This document shows, piece after piece, positions 16,965-24,556 of a stretch of DNA of 33,549 nucleotides. Source of the stretch: an uncultured Gammaproteobacteria bacterium (GTDB lineage Bacteria > Patescibacteriota > Patescibacteriia > UBA9934 > GWF2-40-263); assembly GCA_964428465.1 (NCBI GenBank), contig CAYRYG010000003.1, forward strand, positions 1-33,549. The letters are read 5' to 3'. The notes under the pieces were generated by a model that saw nothing but the letters and a program-made list of their open reading frames with translations, did not search any database and was not told where the DNA came from. Position 1 is the stretch's first letter; each line of letters opens with the position of its first letter. A program made the position numbers and the translations under genes.

Positions 16965-18236
16965 ATGGCCAAGCCGAACACCCTGTTTGACAACCCCTCC
17001 GCGGAGAGCCGGACCGCCCCGCTCGCGGACCGCATGCGGCCGAAGACTCTCGAGGAATACGAGGGCCAGCGGCAGATCGTGGGCGAGGGGACGATCCTGC
17101 GCGAGGCGCTCGAGCGCGACGAGATCCCGTCGATGGTGTTTTGGGGACCGCCGGGAAGCGGCAAGACCACGCTCGCGAGGATCATCGCGGAGAGGACGAA
17201 GGCCACGTTCGTCCCGTTCAGCGCGGTGTCGGGGACGGTGAAGGACATTCGCGAGGTGATCGCGACCGCCGCGGACCGTCGCAAGCTGTACGGCGAGAAG
17301 ACCATCCTGTTCGTCGACGAGATCCACCGGTTCAACAAGGCGCAGCAGGACGCGTTTCTCCCCGCGGTCGAGAACGGGACCATCGTGCTCATCGGCGCGA
17401 CCACGGAGAACCCGTCGTTCGAGGTGAACTCCGCCCTGCTCTCCCGTTGCCGCGTGTTCGTGCTGTCCATGCTCGACGTTCCCGACGTCGTCGCCATCCT
17501 GAAACGCGCGATCGCAGACGCGGAGCACGGGCTCGGCGCCATGGGGCTCGCGGTGGAGGAGGACGCGCTGACGTATCTCGCGATGATGTCGAACGGCGAC
17601 GCGCGCGTGGCGCTCAACGCGCTCGAGCTCGCCGCGAACACGACGCGGCGGGGTGCGGGGACCCCGCCTATTACGCGCGAGCGAATCGCGCAGGCGCTCC
17701 AGAAAACCCACCTGCTCTACGACCGCGCCGGCGAGGAGCACTACAACATCATCTCCGCGCTCCACAAGTCCATGCGCGGCAACGACGCCAACGCCGCGCT
17801 CTACTGGCTCGGGCGCATGCTCGAGGCCGGCGAGGATCCGCTGTACGTCGCGCGCCGCCTCGTGCGCTTCGCATCCGAGGACATCGGCCTCGCGGACCCG
17901 AACGCGCTCACCCAGGCGGTGGCCGCGTTCCAGGCCGCGCACCAGATCGGCATGCCGGAGTGCAACGTGATCCTCGCGCAGTGCGTCGCCTACCTCGCGC
18001 TCGCGCCGAAGTCCAACGAGCTGTACCTCGCCTACGGCCGCGTCCAGCGCGACATTCGCGAGCTCCCGGCCGAGCCCGTCCCCATCCACCTGCGCAACGC
18101 CCCGACCTCGCTCATGAAGGACCTCGGTTACGGCAAGGAATACAAATACACCCCGGACGACGAGAATCCGGGGGAGGCGACGCAGGACTATCTGCCGGAA
18201 CGGCTCAAGGGGAAGAAATACCTTCGTCCCAGGTGA
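16965..18236 (+). CDS. rarA: Replication-associated recombination protein A (RarA/MgsA AAA+ ATPase)
   Basis: PLADRMRP, GPPGSGKTT, DEIHRFNKAQQD, GATTENPSF, ISALHKSMRG and ASEDIGLADP. Confidence 0.96.
   Translation: MAKPNTLFDNPSAESRTAPLADRMRPKTLEEYEGQRQIVGEGTILREALERDEIPSMVFWGPPGSGKTTLARIIAERTKATFVPFSAVSGTVKDIREVIATAADRRKLYGEKTILFVDEIHRFNKAQQDAFLPAVENGTIVLIGATTENPSFEVNSALLSRCRVFVLSMLDVPDVVAILKRAIADAEHGLGAMGLAVEEDALTYLAMMSNGDARVALNALELAANTTRRGAGTPPITRERIAQALQKTHLLYDRAGEEHYNIISALHKSMRGNDANAALYWLGRMLEAGEDPLYVARRLVRFASEDIGLADPNALTQAVAAFQAAHQIGMPECNVILAQCVAYLALAPKSNELYLAYGRVQRDIRELPAEPVPIHLRNAPTSLMKDLGYGKEYKYTPDDENPGEATQDYLPERLKGKKYLRPR
17648..17674 (+). repeat. 27-bp REP-like element in frame in rarA (copy 1)
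   Basis: GCGGGGTGCGGGGACCCCGCCTATTAC is the exact reverse complement of 32165-32191. Confidence 0.85.
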
Positions 18237-18876
18237 CGCGCCCGTCGCCCGTGATGTCGACGGGATCCCCGAGATATTCCGGCTCCGCCCCGAACAGCAC
18301 GTCCCCCACCGCCTTCACGCGCGCCAGCGACTCGCGCGCGGAGAACCAGGCCTGCTTCACATAGGGCTGCAGGTCGGAAGATACGCCCTGCGCGCGGATG
18401 CCGACGCGGTCCGCGAGGTACAGCGCGCGCGGCAGGTGGTAACGCTGGGTGACGATGATCGCGTCCGTGACGCCGAACACGTGCCGCGCCCGGTACGCGG
18501 AATCGTACGTGTCGAACCCGGCATGGTCGAGGAACAGGTCCTCGGGCGCGACGCCCGCGTCGAGCAGGTACGCGCGCATCGCGTTCACCTCGTCGTACCC
18601 GTCCTGCCCGTTGTCGCCGGACACCAGGACCTTGTCCGCCAGCCCCGCCGCGTAAATGTCCGCCGCGACCTTCAGCCGGTCCGCGAGAATGTCCGACGGC
18701 TGCCCGCTGCGCAGCACGCTGGCCCCAAGCACGATCACCACGGGCGCGCGCTCGATTTCGTCCGACGGAAACGCGACGATGTCCTTCCCCGCGGCCAATA
18801 CCACGGCCTGGCAGCCCAAATACGCGGCCGTTGCCGCGATAAGACAGGTGAGGATAAGTGACACGAGCCGGCGCAT
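18205..18876 (-). CDS. sanA: SanA/YdcF (DUF218) family protein
   Basis: N-terminal TM, IVLGA, LVSGDN, YDEVNAM, DHAGFDTYDS, VTQRYHLPRA and RESLARVK; start 18876 or 18885. Confidence 0.88.
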   Translation of the reverse strand: MRRLVSLILTCLIAATAAYLGCQAVVLAAGKDIVAFPSDEIERAPVVIVLGASVLRSGQPSDILADRLKVAADIYAAGLADKVLVSGDNGQDGYDEVNAMRAYLLDAGVAPEDLFLDHAGFDTYDSAYRARHVFGVTDAIIVTQRYHLPRALYLADRVGIRAQGVSSDLQPYVKQAWFSARESLARVKAVGDVLFGAEPEYLGDPVDITGDGRVTWDEGISSP

Positions 18877-18884
18877 GGGGAACA

Positions 18885-18893
18885 TGATACAAT
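18885..18893 (+). promoter_or_regulatory. Extended -10 promoter (TGaTACAAT) for the putative ncRNA
   Basis: Predicts +1 near 18900, which coincides with the 5' end of the closing stem. Confidence 0.6.
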
Positions 18894-18900
18894 ATATTTG

Positions 18901-19100
18901 CTCCACGAACGAACTGATTTGGGCTAAATTTGGTACTTGGGCTTGGTAATGTCTTCATTCCTTCGGAATGGGACTGAGAGCCCCGCGGTTAAGCCGATTC
19001 CGCCACGAACATCCGGTGCAAACTGGCCGTCCGAGCGAATGAAGCGGTCCGAAAGGATCTACCCGACTGCATAAGGACCAAATCCAGTGCGTACGTGGAG
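18901..19100 (+). ncRNA. Structured ~200-nt non-coding RNA, 6S RNA candidate
   Basis: Ends pair (CTCCACG..ATTTGG / CCAAAT..CGTGGAG); inner stem CTTCATTC/GAATGAAG; GNRA-capped hairpins containing G-U pairs on the + strand; promoter upstream, T-run downstream, no credible ORF. Confidence 0.6.
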
Positions 19101-19111
19101 TTTTCGTATAC

Positions 19112-19197
19112 AAAAAAACGTCGCGCCCGCTTGTCGCCCTTCGACGTTGCTCAGGGCTACCCTGAGGAACCTCGAAGGGTCGGTGAGCGCGACGTTT
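19112..19197 (-). terminator. Terminator-like hairpin of the ECF sigma operon with a REP-like palindrome inside its loop
   Basis: AAACGTCGCGC / GCGCGACGTTT outer stem followed by T7 on the minus strand. Confidence 0.6.
19137..19179. repeat. REP-like palindrome (CCCTTCGA..CTCAGGG / CCCTGAG..TCGAAGGG)
   Basis: Two-segment inverted repeat seen directly. Confidence 0.75.
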
Positions 19198-19200
19198 CGT

Positions 19201-19569
19201 TTAACGGCTTGCCGCGAACTGCATGGACGGGCTCGCGAACTCAAGGACGTGCCGGACCTCCGGGCGTTCCGTAAACGAGACGAACTCGACGGGCGCCGTT
19301 TGGCGGCTGATGGGCGAGGAACCGCGCGCCTGTTCGAGCTCGACGGTGAGCACGCTCACCGCGAACACGGCGACCACCGCCCCTCCCGCCACCACGGACG
19401 TGGTGTACATAAAGAAGCGCGTCCAGACGACATAAAAGCGGTTCCGCTCGAAGAGCGTGGAATTCAGGAGGGCCCGGCGCAGCGCGTAGCGGTGCGAGGG
19501 ATCTTCCCGGACGTCAGGCTCCGCCCGTTCCAAGAGCCGTTCGAGTTGTGCGAGCATCAGTTCGTTCAT
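19201..19569 (-). CDS. Small single-TM protein, putative anti-sigma factor
   Basis: Overlaps the 3' end of the ECF sigma gene; helical N-terminus (PSHRYALRRALLNS) followed by one TM helix. Confidence 0.6.
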   Translation of the reverse strand: MNELMLAQLERLLERAEPDVREDPSHRYALRRALLNSTLFERNRFYVVWTRFFMYTTSVVAGGAVVAVFAVSVLTVELEQARGSSPISRQTAPVEFVSFTERPEVRHVLEFASPSMQFAASR

Positions 19570-20146
19570 AGCCGCCCTCGGCGGGTTCTTCCGCCATGAG
19601 GACCTGTAATTTCTTAAGGGCGCGGTGGATGTGGGACTTAACCGTCCCTTCCTTCATCTTCACCGCCGCGGCGATCTCCGGCACGGTCAGCTTGGAGAAG
19701 AACCGCATGCTCAATATGTTCTGCTGCTTCTGGTTGAGCTTCGCGAGCAACCCGCGCAGCCGCTCAACCTGCCGCCTCACGCCGAGCGCGTCCTCGTCCG
19801 CCACCATCTCGATGTCCGGCCGGTAATCGTCGTTCGCGGCGAGTTCCGGCGCCTCGTCGATAGTGACCGACAGATAGCGCTTGCGACTGCGGAAATACGT
19901 CCCGATCTGGGCCACCGCGATGGCGAACAGCCAGGACTTGAACGGCTTTCCGCGCGCCTCGTACCGGCGGATATTCTTCAGCGCCTGGAAAAAGGTCTCG
20001 CTGCACAGGTCCTTCGCCACTTCGACGTTGTGCGTGCGCGAGAGCAGGAACCCGAAGACGGGCTGGTAGTAGCGATCGTACAACCGCCCGAACGCCTCGG
20101 GGTCCGTCTTGGATTGTTCGATGAGCGTCACCTCCTCGTTTTGCAT
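19514..20146 (-). CDS. ECF-family RNA polymerase sigma factor
   Basis: AFGRLYDRY, DLCSETF, FKSWLFAIA (region 2) and EIAAAVKMKEGTVKSHIHRALKKL (region 4). Confidence 0.92.
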   Translation of the reverse strand: MQNEEVTLIEQSKTDPEAFGRLYDRYYQPVFGFLLSRTHNVEVAKDLCSETFFQALKNIRRYEARGKPFKSWLFAIAVAQIGTYFRSRKRYLSVTIDEAPELAANDDYRPDIEMVADEDALGVRRQVERLRGLLAKLNQKQQNILSMRFFSKLTVPEIAAAVKMKEGTVKSHIHRALKKLQVLMAEEPAEGGYERTDARTTRTALGTGGA

Positions 20147-20162
20147 AGGATTTAATCAATCC

Positions 20163-20250
20163 AGGGATCAGGTCGGACGACTTCAGGAAACAGGGCCTGG
20201 AGCTTGAGGAGAAAACACCCTGCCTCCTGAAGTCGCCAGCCCTGATCCCT
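20163..20250 (-). promoter_or_regulatory. Long rod hairpin in the ECF sigma 5' leader
   Basis: 10-bp outer stem, 5x5 internal loop, 18-bp inner stem (complete only on the minus strand, using G-U pairs) and a 22-nt loop. Confidence 0.65.
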
Positions 20251-20329
20251 ACCTCGTCCTCCTTCCCGCCGACCTTTACGAAAGTATATCGCCATCATAC
20301 CGCGACCGTTGCAGGCGGTCACGGGAAAA

Positions 20330-20352
20330 GAAAAAAGACCCGGGAAGGGTCA
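20330..20352 (-). terminator. Intrinsic terminator overlapping the stop codon
   Basis: TGACCCTTCCCGGGTCTTTTTTC. Confidence 0.75.
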
Positions 20353-20727
20353 GGGGAACGGGATCTCGGCGAAGACGTCCTGGCGCTGCCAGGGGGTTCT
20401 CACGATGCCTCCGCCGGGGTTCGGGCCGTGCAAGTCGCCTTCCACGAACCGATGGTTGGAGAAGATCAGCCCGATCGTCGCGCCGTCCCGGTAGCCGGGC
20501 AGCACCCCCTCGAACTCCAGCGTCGGGCGCACGCCGCCGGGCTTCGGGCCGAAGGTCTTGAAGGTCCCGACCTTGGTCTCGCCGGCCCAGATCTCGTACG
20601 CCTTCGCGTACTCCATCCCGTAGCTCCAGTCGAGGACGACCGGCGGCCGCACCTCCACCGTCAGCCCCGGAAAAAGGCCGCAGAGGAAGGCGTAGAAGCC
20701 GTCGGCGCCCGGAAGAACGTTGCTCAT
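20350..20727 (-). CDS. Hypothetical protein
   Basis: 125-aa ORF with its own promoter, GAGGGA SD-like site and terminator. Confidence 0.75.
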   Translation of the reverse strand: MSNVLPGADGFYAFLCGLFPGLTVEVRPPVVLDWSYGMEYAKAYEIWAGETKVGTFKTFGPKPGGVRPTLEFEGVLPGYRDGATIGLIFSNHRFVEGDLHGPNPGGGIVRTPWQRQDVFAEIPFP

Positions 20728-20786
20728 GGTGTCCCTCGTAAGAACATGCGGCTTTCCCAGCCGCGGGGCTCAATTCAAGAGCTGTC

Positions 20787-20815
20787 AGGATATCAAAAAT
20801 CCAGCCATTTGTCAA
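20787..20815 (-). promoter_or_regulatory. Repeated sigma70 promoter, copy 1
   Basis: TTGACA AATGGCTGGATTTTTGA TATCCT. Confidence 0.8.
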
Positions 20816-20830
20816 CGGCCGGACGCGTAT

Positions 20831-20854
20831 GAAAAAAGACCCCTTGCGGGATCA
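20831..20854 (-). terminator. Intrinsic terminator overlapping the stop codon
   Basis: TGATCCCGCAAGGGGTCTTTTTTC. Confidence 0.75.
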
Positions 20855-21190
20855 GAAGCGGGGCGTGCAGCCCTTGGCGTTCCAGCCGGTGCCGCAGCAC
20901 ACGGTGAGGTTCACCGGCTTCTCCTGGACGTTCTTGGCCGTGACCTTGAACGCGATGCCGTCGCTGTCGCTGCAGCCGCTGCGGGCGACGTTCCAGGTGT
21001 CGGTGTCCGTGACGCGGGCGTCGGTCATCCCGAGCGCCTCGACCACCTCGATGGCCTTGGACGCGTCGGGCCGGCCGCAGCCGCCGACGTTGCCGACCGC
21101 GATGGCCGCGAGGATGCCGATGATGGCGATGACGATGACCAGCTCGACGAGCGAGAACCCGCGCCGCGCGCGGGAGGTGGATGCGTGCAT
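20852..21190 (-). CDS. Small type IV prepilin-like protein with a Cys-rich C-terminal domain
   Basis: RRG|FSLVELVIVIAIIGILAAIAV class III signal (G-1, F+1, E+5); GGAGG SD. Confidence 0.85.
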   Translation of the reverse strand: MHASTSRARRGFSLVELVIVIAIIGILAAIAVGNVGGCGRPDASKAIEVVEALGMTDARVTDTDTWNVARSGCSDSDGIAFKVTAKNVQEKPVNLTVCCGTGWNAKGCTPRF

Positions 21191-21216
21191 TCCGAGTGCC
21201 TCCGTTTGGCGTCTCG

Positions 21217-21245
21217 ACGCTATCAAAAAACCGGCCGTTTGTCAA
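21217..21245 (-). promoter_or_regulatory. Repeated sigma70 promoter, copy 2
   Basis: TTGACA AACGGCCGGTTTTTTGA TAGCGT. Confidence 0.8.
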
Positions 21246-21271
21246 CCCTTGCGGGGCGGACAAACGGCCGG
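21225..21271 (-). terminator. Terminator of the ABC transporter gene, overlapping promoter copy 2
   Basis: 13-bp perfect inverted repeat CCGGCCGTTTGTC / GACAAACGGCCGG followed by T6 on the minus strand. Confidence 0.75.
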
Positions 21272-21276
21272 AAGCG

Positions 21277-23028
21277 TCACAGGACCGCGTTCTCGGCCTG
21301 GGCCTCCACCATGCGGCGAAATGCCCCGGCCTCGGCGCGGACCTGGGCGTACGGTCCCTGCTGGACCACGCGGCCCCGGTCGATCACCACCACGTAGTCC
21401 GCGCGGCGGATGGTGGAGAGTCGGTGGGCCACGATGACGACCGTGCGGGTCCCCTTCAGGCGGTCGACGGCCTCGGCCATGATCTGCGCCTCGGTCTCGC
21501 CGTCGAGGTGCGACGTCGGCTCGTCGAGCAGCAGCAGGCGCGGGTCGCGCATGAGCGCCCGGGCGATGACCAGGCGCTGGGCCTGGCCGCCGGAGAGCCG
21601 CACGCCGTTTTCCCCCACGCGGGTCTCGTACCCGTCGGGAAGCGAGAGGATGAACCCGTGCGCGTCCGCAAGCCTCGCGCAGCGCTCCACGTCCTCCTGG
21701 GAGGCGCCGGGCATGCCGAACGCGATGTTGCCGCGCACGGTGTCGTTGAAGACGCCCATGGTCTGTGAGACCACGCCGACCTGTCCGAGGTACTCGGTCG
21801 GATCCAGCTCGCGCAGATCCTTCCCGTCGATGAGGATGCGGCCCGCGTGCGGATCGTATCCGCGCAACAGGAGCGTCATGAGCGTGGTCTTGCCCGCGCC
21901 CGAGGGACCCACGACCGCGACCGTCTTGCCGGCCGGAACGTAGAAGCTCACGCCTTGCACGGTCCCGGCCGTGTCCGGATAGGCGAACGAGACTCCCTCG
22001 AACGCCACGGACCCGGCCATGCGGCCGAGCGGCAGCGGGTGCTCGGGCGGACGCACGTCGGGCTGGATCTCCAGGAGTTCGAACAGCTTCTCCGCGTCGG
22101 GACGAAACCGCTCGGCCATGTTGATCCCCTGCAGCGCGTTCTGCATGGAACCGACGAGCCGGTTGGTCACGCCGAACAGCAGGGTGACCGTGCCGAGCGT
22201 AACGTCGCCGCGCACCATGAGCCACACGGCGAGCGTCAGGACGGACCCGGCGACCGCATGGCGCAGGAACGTCTGCGCGCTCCCGAGTCCGAAGACTCGC
22301 CGCGCCAGCGTCTCCGTGAGGCCGAGCAGGCGTTCGTTGCGGCGCAAAATCTCGCCATGCACCGCCGCCTCGCACGCGTTCGCCTTGACGGCCTGGATGT
22401 TCCGCAGCACGTCGTTCTTGTAGACGTCGGCGGCGCGGTCGCTGTCGCGGAACTCCTTGCGGACGCCGCGCAGTTTCCGCTGGGCCCACACGCCGTACCA
22501 CACCGTCACCGCGCTGCCGGCAATCATGACGACGCCCGGGACGGGAACGATGACGACGGTCCAGAGCGCGAACACCGCGACCTGGCACACGGCCGGGGCG
22601 GCCTGGGTCAGCGCGATCCAGACGATCTCCTGGGCGCCGCTGAGTCCCTGCCCGACCACGTTGAGCTTCTCGGCCGTGTCCCTGCGGGTATGGAACCCGA
22701 GCGACAGCCGGAGCAGGTGGAGCGCCGTGTCGCCCGAAAGCCGGTAGGACACGCGCGTCTGCAGGCGGTCCGACAGGTAGTAGGACGCCTGCGACCCGAG
22801 GTCCGCGAGGACCGTTGACCCGACGAGCGCCGCGACGGCGAACGCCAGGGCGCGCATCGAGATGTCGGACGACCCGCGCATCCACCCCTCGACCGCGTCG
22901 AAGAATGCCTTCTGCGCGAGCATGGGGACGAACCCGACGACCTGCGCGGCGACGGTGAGGACGAGGGCGACTCCGAAGATCCCCTTGAACGGCCACACCA
23001 GCCGGAGGACGTTCTTCCAGAAGTCCAC
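21277..23028 (-). CDS. ABC exporter, fused permease + ATPase (MsbA/Atm1-like)
   Basis: N-terminal TM domain, GPSGAGKT, LSGGQ, LLDEPT and AHRLSTI; GTG start preceded by AAGGAG. Confidence 0.92.
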   Translation of the reverse strand: MDFWKNVLRLVWPFKGIFGVALVLTVAAQVVGFVPMLAQKAFFDAVEGWMRGSSDISMRALAFAVAALVGSTVLADLGSQASYYLSDRLQTRVSYRLSGDTALHLLRLSLGFHTRRDTAEKLNVVGQGLSGAQEIVWIALTQAAPAVCQVAVFALWTVVIVPVPGVVMIAGSAVTVWYGVWAQRKLRGVRKEFRDSDRAADVYKNDVLRNIQAVKANACEAAVHGEILRRNERLLGLTETLARRVFGLGSAQTFLRHAVAGSVLTLAVWLMVRGDVTLGTVTLLFGVTNRLVGSMQNALQGINMAERFRPDAEKLFELLEIQPDVRPPEHPLPLGRMAGSVAFEGVSFAYPDTAGTVQGVSFYVPAGKTVAVVGPSGAGKTTLMTLLLRGYDPHAGRILIDGKDLRELDPTEYLGQVGVVSQTMGVFNDTVRGNIAFGMPGASQEDVERCARLADAHGFILSLPDGYETRVGENGVRLSGGQAQRLVIARALMRDPRLLLLDEPTSHLDGETEAQIMAEAVDRLKGTRTVVIVAHRLSTIRRADYVVVIDRGRVVQQGPYAQVRAEAGAFRRMVEAQAENAVL

Positions 23029-23084
23029 GTTTTTCTCCTTGGACAGAGCGAACGAACGCCGAGCGACCTTCGCTCGGAGGGCGA

Positions 23085-23113
23085 AGGATAGCAAAAAATC
23101 GGCCGTTTGTCAA
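23085..23113 (-). promoter_or_regulatory. Repeated sigma70 promoter, copy 3
   Basis: TTGACA AACGGCCGATTTTTTGC TATCCT. Confidence 0.8.
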
Positions 23114-23147
23114 CGGATGGCCGCATTAGTGCTACACTGTGTCGCAT

Positions 23148-24548
23148 ATGATCAGCACTGCGCATCGACGCCCGAATCCGCCGCGCGAAACGGAACGGGA
23201 GTCGCTCGGGTCCGCCAGGGCGGATGCCCTGCGGAAAGACATGGACGCGCGCGACAAAGCCGCGACAGCGACCACCCGGGCCCGCGCTGCCGTAAAAACC
23301 GTTGAGCAGGTGCTCCCGATTATCCTGGAGGGAACCCTTCCCGAGGGGGACGTCCTATCCCAGACGATTCTGGAGATAAGCGAAGGCGTCTCCGCACAGG
23401 AGCCCGGAACGACCCCCGAACTGATCGCGCGTGAAATCGACGCGTGGCTCGAACAGCATCCGGACACTCGGAAACGGCTCGAACGGACGATCGGGGCATC
23501 GTTTGGCATTCGATTCGACCGCCTCGTCGCGTCCCTCCCGCTTCCGGAAACGGACGAAGAAATCGAGGAGGCGTGCGACCGGCTCGGCGAGACCCTCCTG
23601 CGCGACCACGTGCGAAAAAGCTGGCTGCGCGAACGCGTGAAGGATCAGCGTCGCGTCTGGAAGGCCGAAGTCCGGGATGACAGAAAGAATTGGGCACTTC
23701 TGGAAAAAATGCTTCCGGAGCGGGACGTCGCGACCATCCGCGAGATCACGGGGGCCGACGAGATCACGTTCCGTTCCCGCGCGGGTGATCTTGCGTCCAT
23801 CGCCGAGCACCTATCCGACCGTGTCCGGCACGCGATCGGGGTCGTCATGATGAATGCGGAGAAACGCCGCATTCACGACGCGGTTTCGAACGCCGCCCGG
23901 TCGTACGACCCGATCCGTACGGCCCGGAGCCGCGTTTCCGGGATCATGCGTGAAATCGCCGTCCTCAGGGAAGCGATCCCGCATCGGACGCGAGAGTTGG
24001 CCTCGGCGCGCGAGGAACGCCAACGTACCATCGCGGACGAGCGGACCAGACTGGCAGAGAAGCTGAAGTCGTTACGAAAACCGATGGGGGCGGCCATCGC
24101 GAAGGCGGCGGCGCTGGAACGGAAGGCCGCGTCGATTCCGGAAGCGCGCCGCGAGACATTCGAGGCAGAATTGGCAGCCGCTTCGTCGATCGCGGCCGAA
24201 TACGCGCGACAATATGACGAGTCGTTGTCTCCCAAGGTACCCGAGCACGACGCGCGCGTCTCTCGCATCGAGCAGGAAGCAAACGAACTTGGGATACAAC
24301 TGGCGGGCAAGGTCAAGCAAGCGGAAGAGGCGGGCAAGGAAGCAGCGCGGATGACGATGGAACATTTCGACGGGGTCCGTGCCGCCATCGCCGGCCTTCC
24401 GTCCGCGGCCCACAAAGACAGACAGGCGGGTCACCGGGCATTCACGGAACGCCTGACCTTCCTTGGCGTCAAGCCGTCGCAGGACGACTGGGAGCAGTAT
24501 CTCCGCTCGTTCGAGGCGGCAGTTGGCGGAGAAATCAAGACGACATAA
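23148..24548 (+). CDS. Hypothetical alpha-helical/coiled-coil protein
   Basis: A/E/R/K-rich ORF; TGcTACACT 9 nt before the ATG; followed by a terminator. Confidence 0.7.
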   Translation: MISTAHRRPNPPRETERESLGSARADALRKDMDARDKAATATTRARAAVKTVEQVLPIILEGTLPEGDVLSQTILEISEGVSAQEPGTTPELIAREIDAWLEQHPDTRKRLERTIGASFGIRFDRLVASLPLPETDEEIEEACDRLGETLLRDHVRKSWLRERVKDQRRVWKAEVRDDRKNWALLEKMLPERDVATIREITGADEITFRSRAGDLASIAEHLSDRVRHAIGVVMMNAEKRRIHDAVSNAARSYDPIRTARSRVSGIMREIAVLREAIPHRTRELASAREERQRTIADERTRLAEKLKSLRKPMGAAIAKAAALERKAASIPEARRETFEAELAAASSIAAEYARQYDESLSPKVPEHDARVSRIEQEANELGIQLAGKVKQAEEAGKEAARMTMEHFDGVRAAIAGLPSAAHKDRQAGHRAFTERLTFLGVKPSQDDWEQYLRSFEAAVGGEIKTT

Positions 24549-24556
24549 ACGCGCGC

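Noticed and set aside
18205-18236. 32-bp convergent overlap of rarA and sanA
   Set aside because: Short tail-to-tail overlaps are ordinary in compact genomes
18901-19100. Matches to TPP (CTGAGA), cobalamin (CCGGTGCAAA), SRP (GGTCCGAAAGG), RNase P and tmRNA motifs
   Set aside because: Only isolated words match; the other conserved elements are missing, there is no tRNA-like end, and no co-oriented gene follows for a riboswitch to control
20330-23113. Classical integron or prophage
   Set aside because: No integrase, attC-like sites or phage structural genes are visible, and each gene has its own promoter
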